Source: Flaccisagitta enflata (taxonomy: Eukaryota). Taken from it: a DNA stretch of 64,000 nucleotides. The translations under genes were made by a program, and so were the position numbers. Below are positions 54,474-64,000 of this stretch, in pieces (the first letter of the stretch is position 1; the number at the start of each line of letters is the position of its first letter). Under the pieces are notes generated by a model. That model was not told the origin of the DNA. It worked only from the letters and a program-made list of their open reading frames with translations, and made no database searches. The stretch covers positions 25,730,001-25,794,000 of the forward strand of contig OZ231126.1 of assembly GCA_965153355.1 (NCBI GenBank). Direction: 5' to 3'.

Positions 54474-55207
54474 AACAAGGCCGGATACACGGCCATCAGT
54501 TGCGGACGGGTGGGCAGTAAGGCCTTGCGGGCCTGCCCGTGTCAGGGCCGGGGCACGGCATTTGGGCCAAGCCCGTAGGCCGGGTTTGCCCTCAAGTCCG
54601 GCTCGGTTTTTACATTTTTCTCTCATTGTTATATTTTTTTTCTTTAAACATTCATGACCGATTTCTTTTGATCCTTTGAACTAAACATGATTTTTTTATT
54701 TCTTTTCATATTTCATTTTCATTTTTTTTTTCTATATTTTATATTTCTTTTCATCTTATAATTTTCAATTTTTACTCTTCCCTCCTCTTTTTTTTTCCAC
54801 TCTTCATTTTTCACATTTCATTTTTCAATATTCAATGCTCACATTTTATTTTCTTTCAGTTTTCATTTTTCACTTTTTACTTTTTATTTTTCACCTCTTA
54901 TTTCTTTTATAATTCATTTTTTATTATCTTATTTCATCATTTTCTGTTTTCATTTTTCACTTTGCATTTCACATATTCAAGTTTTCACTTTGCCTAAAAA
55001 AATTTATTTTGAAATGAAATGGTTCTTTGTTTTGATTAAAAATAATTCCAAGTTGCCAAATGATCATTCAATTTTGCTGATATGTGACTGTTCTGGAATT
55101 ATAATGAAAGATCGTTCATGAGTTGACTTTTTTTGGGGAAAACGAACGGATCTCAACTCGCCTGTGCGCGGTCTATTCCAATGTCTGAGATTCGAAGCTA
55201 ATCCAGG

Positions 55208-55289
<82 letters not shown>

Positions 55290-55717
55290 GAGTAACCAAA
55301 GATTCTTTCTTAGTTTATTTTCATTCTCAAATACAAGTAGTTTGGAATGATTGCTCGCGATCTAAACATATTATATTCAAAAATTCTTATATAATCTGAA
55401 TCTTATCTTCATTTTCACTCACTAAGAGATTTTGTCATCAGGAAAGATTTTCTTGTTATTTTTATATTTCTACGGAAACCGTAACAAACCCGAGTTACAT
55501 CCGGGTTTGGCCCCATACGAAACCGAATGTTGTGACTCGAATTTTGGCCCATACGAGGCCGAATTGAGGCCGTGGATATAAAGCCCATACGCAAGGCCTT
55601 AGTGGGCAGGGGCGGAAATGCGTGTTTTCCCACTTTTCGACTCGATGGTTACGGACCGACCAACGGACCGACGGACGGACAAAGCCTCTTATAGAGTTGC
55701 GTGTCCGCAACTAAAAA
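54474..55717 (-). mobile_element. Long HINE, AGTTGCGGAC subfamily (possibly with an internal insertion)
   Basis: 5' TTTTTAGTTGCGGACACGCAACT. 3' GTCCGCAACTGATGGCCGTGTATCCGGCCTTGTT. Confidence 0.7.
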
Positions 55718-58002
55718 TTATTGCGGTATCAATCGGTTTGAAACATTAGTGTCCGTTGAAAATTGATGAAAGGTTGAAAGTTCGATAAGTAAGGTTGCAA
55801 GAGGAGAATATCACGAGTAGCAATCAAGGAAAGGAAGGGAAAGGTGAAGTGTGGAATAGAATAGTATTGAAGAAAAAAAGTGAGGAGAAAGGAAAACAGA
55901 GAGGTAAGAAGAAAAGAAACGCAGAGAGAGGAAGGGAGAGAAAAAAAGCCTCCTTGTGATGAGAAACTAATCAGTGAAAACTGAAAGGAATTGTTTGGGC
56001 GCTTTTTTTTTCTCGATAAGAGACTCGATTGCTCTTTCGTCTGCCGAAAGTAGAAGTTCTTTTGTTTTTGTTTGTTTGTTCGTCTGCTCCGTTTACGATG
56101 GCGGTTTTGGAGGGTTCTTCCTAAAAATGGCGCTGGAGGTCTCTTCCTCATTTTCTTGTAATTTCTGATAGTTAGATTCTCGTAATTCACTTTTTCGATA
56201 AGCCAGATTAGAATGTTCAGACAAGAGGTATAAACCACCCTCCAGCTCACAAAAAAAGGAGAATAAATTTACCCAGACTGGCGTCTTTATTTTGAAACAA
56301 ATCAATCGATCTGTAAAACGTTGTCTCCTTTGATATTCACTACTTTGCTACAGGGTCACCAATCTTTGATGGCAAAAATGTTATGCTTTCATTTCGAGAT
56401 GGATCATCTTACTGATCTGGGATGATGTGTAATCCCACGAATTTTTTATTACAAAAATTTGAACCTTTTGACTAATGAAGGAATGGTAATTGAAATGATG
56501 AAAAAAAAGTAAAGAAAGAAAACAGCCAACATAACAATTTCTCGCTCAACATTTTTTCTTTGTTTCTCTGTTTCTAAACGGATTGAGCAACAGATATTAT
56601 ATTGGTCTCAAATCAAAGCTTATTTACAGTTGTTTAAAGAAGTAGGAAGAGGGGAACTTTTCTTAAATGGTTTATCATGTAACTAATGAGGCATGAAGTA
56701 AACTTATAGTTTCTCGAGTAGAATTTTGATTGAGAGTTAATTCGTAGAATATAAAACAACCTAAGATATCAAATAAGCATATCAATTCAAATTGTCTCAA
56801 TAAGTACTTAAAACTGTCTTTCATTTGAGATCAATCTGATGTCAGTAGCCTGCACTGTTTAGAAATGAGCGCTGCTACCACAGTATGAATATCATGCCTA
56901 TCCTATGCCATCACGACGGGCCCCAAAACATCCACTTTGCCCGAGTTGTAAATGTTTCAGTGGATTCTTCTGGCTTTCGATTTCGAAAATCGAGGAACTT
57001 CAAAGGGGACTGGTACTTCCTCACCCGCTTGATACACAAATGGAAGTGGACATGATTTCATCGCACGTCGATGAATTCAAGTATTGATACACTACAGTTA
57101 GATCTTTGGGTCAGTTCATAACCACATGAAAAATCTCCTTGATTATTTCAGTTTTTACTTTTGCGCTCTGTAACAGACATTCTTTTATTTTTTTCCTGGT
57201 GATGTTTCGGATTACAGTTACTTTGCGATTTTTTTCCTCCCTTTCTTTAACGGTCTAAGCAGTTCTTTAAGTATACTGCTTTATGCAAATCAAGTTGTTA
57301 TGGTATGCATAACTTTAACTTCTACGCAACTCTCTCTTCGGTTTCTCATTGCTTTTTTCTTTTTTCTCTAGCAGCGTTTGATCCGAGTGAGTCCTTAAAT
57401 TGGTCGGTCAGTTTATCAGTCGGCTAATCAATTCGGTCGGTTTATCAGTTGGCTCATCACTTTATTGGTCTGAAATGAACAAGAGCAATTAGTTCAAGTC
57501 CGTACGCCATGTGGATCCTTGAACGAATGCGTTACCGACCAACCAACCAACCGACGGACCGACCAACTGACCGATTGACTGACCAACCAACTGACCAACC
57601 ATCCGACGGACCAAGCCTCTTATTGACGTGCGTTGGCGCACGTAAGAATAAGCCCATGCCTTGGCATTGAGTAACGTTAACAGCCGTATTTTGTATTACT
57701 TCCCATAGCGGCGCGGTGCTCCATTGTACTATCAATTGAATGTAACTTCCGGTTATATATTCCACCTTCTAAGCCGCCCTCTTGAGACGAAGGGGGATCT
57801 AAGACAGTCAAGGTTGGCGCGTTGGGCGCGAACGACATCGACTCGCGTGTTGAAACCGACTGCCTCAGATCTAACCCCGAAAAAGTTCCAATTTGAATAA
57901 GGTGACTTACTTCTGCAACCCTTGGCCCACGTTGGAAGGCGTCAGATGGGGACCAACCCAAGTAGAATGTCTGTCAATCCGACTCTATGCCTTTCTTTCT
58001 GC

Positions 58003-58527
58003 TTTTTGGGCAGCGGCCTCAAAGGGCCGATGTCCTGTAGAACACAGGGGGGGAATTTCGAGACGTCCGTCCATCCGTCCGTCCTTCCGTCCTTCTGTCC
58101 CCCCCCCCATTGACCATCAAGGCCTCAAATTAGCCCTCCCAGGACTCAATTTTGCCCTCCAGGCCTAAAATCAGCCCTCTTGGCTTCAAATCAGCCCCCC
58201 TCCCATGCCCTAAATCTGCCTCCCAGACCTCAAATCTGCCCTCCAGACCTTCAATCAGCCCTCTAAGCTTAAAACCAGCCCGTCAAACCTCAAATCGGCT
58301 CTCCAAGCCTTAATTATGCCCTCCAACCCTCAGATATGCATTCAGTGGCATAAATCAGCCATCTTGAGCCCCCTCAGGACGGACGGACGTCTCGAAATTC
58401 CCCCCTGTGTTCTACAGGACATCGGCCCTTTGGGGCCGCTGCCCTGCTCTCATTCCACTTTTTCACTGGATCACTCAGCAGGGCATCGGGTACCGCTGAA
58501 CATGTGCGATCCTTGGATGACTAGTTT
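58003..58527 (+). mobile_element. Second HINE-like family copy with ~65-bp asymmetric inverted repeats and ~21-bp central tandem
   Basis: 58008-58075 is inverted at ~58378-58444. Tail GGGCATCGGGTACCGCTGA..GACTAGTTTT. Confidence 0.75.
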
Positions 58528-58687
58528 TGTATGTTCTGTCTGTGTTGCTGTCTCTGACGAATGTCTTTCTCTGTCTGGCTATGATTGCCCTTATCATTCT
58601 TTGTCTTTCGCAGTTTTTGTCTCGTCCAGCGTGTCAGTCTGTCAGTGTGTCAGTCTGTCTTTCTGTCTTTCTGTCTTTCTGTCTTTC

Positions 58688-58796
<109 letters not shown>

Positions 58797-59114
58797 CACA
58801 ATCCTCATCTGTTGTTATGAGTGAGAAACTCTCAGCGTTTACGATGGTGTAAACGTCAAGCGTTTAAATATTTACGATGCATTTCATTGGCGCAATGGGG
58901 ATGGCGACAATAGAGTCAAAGTTTCAGTCCTCCGGTCGTTCTCATTCTTTCTCTCTTTCTCTGTCTCGTTTTCTGTCCTTTTCTTGCCTTGGGTCCTCCG
59001 TCATAGTTTCTGTCTTTCTTGTTTACTGTCCCTCAGTTGGTGTTTTCCTTTTTTGTCATTTTTGTTTCTACAGTCTTCTTTCATTCTTGCTTTCGAGGTT
59101 GTTGTCTCGGTTTC

Positions 59115-59492
<378 letters not shown>

Positions 59493-61027
59493 GTCGCCTT
59501 TGCCGTCGTTGATGACATCATGGTTGCTCCCGTGGCTCAATATCTGTGTGTTCCCTTACTGTTGTCATCAAAATGCATTGTTGTTATAAACGCCCTTGAC
59601 TTTCCACTCACTTATCCTGACATAAATTACGTCGCTCTCTAAATCTCCTCAATTTACACTGAACAAGCTGACTAAAGACGTAAATCGAGATGGAGGTTAT
59701 TCTTTGCCTAGGTCAACGCTGAGTAGTTGGAAGTTAATTGAATCATTAACACCATGTATTCTATAGAAGAGCCTCATAATTGAAACTAGTCACGTAGAGC
59801 ATAACAGTGATTTGGTCGTATTCTAGCAGGCTTTATTTTGTGAGTTTACGGTAATGAAACCCAGAGCGATTTAGCTGTTGATGAAACAATTTTTCTTAGA
59901 TTTAGTAATTTAGGCTCGTAGAAAACTCTGGGGTCATCTGTGGCTGCATCGCAAGATGTTTGCTCTTCATGAAACATGAATCGTAATCAAAATTGATGCA
60001 CTATGTCTCAAGAAAAGCCAGAGGAATTCTCATTTGTCATTGTTTCTCTGAGTTAAGTACTCAGAGACAGACACACTGACATACAAAATGACAGTGTCTT
60101 TTTGAAAGCATCTTATGGTATTCTTAGCACCTTTGAACAGGATCTAAACAACTGCTGACCCAACAACCCACATAATACGCGATTACTACATAAAGAATGA
60201 TCGGTGAAATCTGTAGACCTCACATTTTACCATTGTGCGTGAACTAAAGTCACTTCAACTCATTAAAGAGGAAAAATAGAGAAAATGGAAAGTAAACCAA
60301 AATATACGGTTCTTTCACCGAGATGAATAGAGCTATCAGATAACAGCTTACAATTTGAGCATCATCAAGAACTTCAATCACGTAACTTACATGGAATAAT
60401 TGTATAGGATGAATTGTTGCATATATCACATTGTAAGTAGTGATTCAAGTGCAACGATAGCGTAAAAAAGATAAGTCATAGTTAAGACTAATGGAACCGG
60501 AAAATGCAGAATGTAGTAGCAGCATCATTCATTGATCTGAAATAGATAAGTCTCCTTTGCAATTTAAAGACAGCTTCTTTTTTTTTTCTTCATTCTGTTT
60601 TTTTTTTCTTTTTCAATTCTCTTCTTTTTGCAACTGATGCCACTAACCTCTGAGATGTGTCATAGATAATTGAAAAAAAGAAAAAAATGTTAAAGACTTA
60701 CAAAGACAGTTTAAAAGAGGAAAGGAGGAAAATCTTTAAAGAGAGATTAAAGACGATCTATTAAGAAAAGGCAAGCATGGAATAGAAGAAAAAAAAATGT
60801 ACAGAAAAGAAATAAGAATCTTTGAGTATTTTGATCTCGATCTTGGCAATCACAGCTTATCAGAAAAGAAAATGAAGGAAAGGAAATAAAAAGAAGAGAA
60901 GTGGAAAAAAGGGTAGAAAAACGCCAGATGTATCAGAAAATTCTATGGAAGGGGGAAATTTAATTCAAAACTGAATTCTAAAGGCGTTTTTATTCAGTTT
61001 GACGAGATGTGCGCGTTGCAAACGCGG

Positions 61028-61162
<135 letters not shown>

Positions 61163-61700
61163 CTCCTTTTTCTTTGGCATCTCGCCTTTTTATCTTCACA
61201 ACTTTTGCAAAGCCGGTTCAGAGAAGAATTTCCCGTTCCATACGCCCTCAGCTCTCTTTTTTATCTTTCTGTCTCTCTGTTTCTGTTTCTGAGTCTTGGT
61301 CTTTCTCTTTTTCTGATACCAATTTCAGTAAATCATTGTTCATTCATTCATTCATTCATTTATTCATTCCTTTATTTATTCCTTCATTCATTCCTTCATT
61401 CATTCTTTCACTCATTCATTCATTCATTCATTCATTCATTCATTCATTCATTCATTCATTCATTCATTCATTCATTCATTCGTTAATTCATTAATCTTTC
61501 ATTCCATTTATTCATTCATTAAATCATATATTTTTTCTTTCACTCCTTCAGTTATTTATCAAAGCAACACTGATTGGATTTTTAACCTGTCATTCATAAA
61601 TTCAATAAGTTTTGTTTATCCTTCTTTTTATTGTTCTTCTATCATCCTTTCTCTGTTTTTTGTGTCTTTGTTTTTTCTTAGTTTCTGTCTTTCATTTTCT

Positions 61701-61811
<111 letters not shown>

Positions 61812-61987
61812 TCTCGTCTCTTCTCTTTCTCTCCGTATGGTGTAAGGAATAGCTCCAAGATCATCAATCATTTTCAGAGGTGGCTCTGGTGGCATGGGGG
61901 ACAGAGGGAAACAGGAGTCTAGCAGGAAGAAAGAGAGAGACAGAAACTGACTTAGCATTAGAGACAGAGGCAGGCAAGAAAGCCAGA

Positions 61988-62182
<195 letters not shown>

Positions 62183-62309
62183 GGACAGACGGACAGACTG
62201 ACCGAGACAGAGACAGAGACAGACAGAGACTGCTCTTGGAATTGGTTGCTGACGGAGGCAATTGGAAAGGAGAACTCGCGTGGTTTCAAGACCTCACTGA
62301 AAGGAGGCC

Positions 62310-62820
62310 AATGTAGAGGCGAAGGTGGAGGCAAAGTTGAGGGCAAAGTCAAAGTTGAAGGCAAAGGCAGAGGCAGAGGAAAATTTGGGGGCAAGGGTAA
62401 ACGTAAAGGCAGAGGATGAAGCGGAGATGGGGGCCAAACCAGACCAAAGAGGGTAAAGCTTTTAAAAAAAGCTGAGGGTGTAGGCAGAGCTGAGGGAAAA
62501 GGCAAAATTGAGGACATAGTCAAAGTATAGGATCATGGCGAAATTGTGGAAAAAGACAGGTGGAAAAAGTCGTTCTTGCTGGCAATAAAAGGGGCTAAGT
62601 TTTGGGCATTGGCAAATATTGTGGAAAAGGTTAAGGCAAGTTCTACGAAAACAGGGGCAGGAAAAAGTCAAAGGAAAGGGCGAAGTTGATGGCAAACTCA
62701 AAGTTGAGGGCACAGCCACAGGCAGACGCAGAGATGAGGGCAAACCTAAGTTGATAGAAAATCCAGAGGGAAAGATGAGGGCAAAAGCAAACTTGAGGGC
62801 AAAGACAGTTGTTGCAAAAG
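62310..62820. repeat. Degenerate purine-rich repeat with recurring TGAGGGCAAA motif
   Basis: Recurring GTTGAGGGCAAAG variants. Confidence 0.6.
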
Positions 62821-62842
62821 ATTATGTTTTCCTGAATTCTTT

Positions 62843-63044
62843 AACGAGGCCGGATACACAGCAGGGGCAGTGATGAAAAAGGCCAATCAAGCATTTGGGC
62901 AGAAGCAGTGGTGCAAAGACAAACCATAACCGATAAACCGATAAACGCCGAATAAATCAAAATCAAAATGTTACCAATCAACGGAGAGAGACGAACCGAC
63001 TGACCGAAATAGCGACTTAAAGATTCGCGTAGCACGCGACTAAA
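62843..63044 (-). mobile_element. HINE copy (degenerate)
   Basis: GGCCGGATACAC ... CGCGTAGCACGCGACTAAA. Confidence 0.7.
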
Positions 63045-63374
63045 GATTTGTACAACGGCTGTGTTGCACTTAATTTTGGCCATGAAGGTATTCTTGTCCC
63101 TAAAAACATTCCCGAATGGATGTTTTTTCTAGAAAGCAACGAAAGAATGTTGTGAAGTACAACGTACATTGTTCGGAGGAAAGAATGAGCTAAAAAGTCA
63201 TACATCAAAGAACAAAATTATGAGGACATGATGCGTTCAACCGAGACTGAGGCAAAAATTAATAACTCGACACAAGTTAAAGTCAATCCCATGATTAAAA
63301 TGGATTTCAGGAGATCAAGATTCGTTAATCGGAAAAATTAATCATCAAAACCGAGTCTGTTGGAGTTATTTAGC

Positions 63375-63583
63375 TTTTTAACCGCGTGCTACGCGACTCT
63401 ACACCCTGCTTTGTCGGTCCGTCGGTCCGCCGGTCCGTCCGTCCGTCGGTCCGTCAGACATTACTTTTTCGGCGTCTATGGGGTTTTTGGCCTTGCAGCT
63501 CCTGCCCAAATGCTTCACTGACTTCAATTATGGCGCCTACCCACCCGCACGCGACTAGGGTAGCCGTGTATCCGGCCTTGTTT
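63375..63583 (+). mobile_element. HINE copy
   Basis: Both termini and the GTCY tract present. Confidence 0.85.
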
Positions 63584-64000
63584 TTTTCTTCTCCCTCTCC
63601 GTTTTATTGATAAATGGTCGTCTCCTTCCGTAAAAGGACCCAGTGTCACTCATTTTGTATCTGCCATCATTTATCAAAACCTAATGACAAATGTTCTTTC
63701 AAATTTTTTCTCTCTCTCTCTAAGTTCTCCCCCTTTTAAAAAAGAATTTCTCCTTTTTTAATGACTCTTTATTACAACCTACAAATCAACTGGAGAAATG
63801 ATGATTTATTGATTCGCTGCGCGACTAGGATAGATTCAGGAAGAAAAAAAGGGGAAAAGTGGGAAAACTCCCTTTGGACGGACTCACACACGTGTACAGA
63901 CGGATTGATATAATCAAACGAGGGCAAGTAATAAGTTGAGGCAACTAACCCGGGGTTACCACATCGTTGTGGACAGAAAGGGGGGGCGGAGGGAAAAGGG

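Overview
Eukaryotic, AT-rich and extremely microsatellite-rich animal genomic DNA. It looks invertebrate, and an arthropod such as a crustacean is plausible but cannot be proven from this window. There are no prokaryotic features, no CRISPR array and no rRNA or tRNA. Most ORFs in the track are translations of simple repeats. Real coding content: (1) a full-length, apparently intact CR1-clade LINE on the minus strand (PHD-finger ORF1 plus APE/RT ORF2, ~12.4-16.6 kb); (2) an intronless 15-finger C2H2 zinc-finger ORF (34325-35785), whose array continues past the stop codon as about 7 decayed fingers broken by three insertions out to 41580; (3) a ~2.75 kb cassette bounded by ~330 bp direct repeats, sitting in a (CT)n tract and carrying a lone fibronectin type III/Gly-rich ORF with no RT, transposase or integrase; (4) two Tc1/mariner transposase relics. 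The rest is a dense nest of non-autonomous DNA elements: roughly 20 copies of Helentron-associated (HINE/DINE-1-like) elements in several co-varying subfamilies, some with internal minisatellite expansions, plus TA-TSD Tc1/mariner MITEs, 8-bp-TSD hAT MITEs and a possible MULE-like shell. All coordinates were read by eye, so element ends may be off by a few bases.
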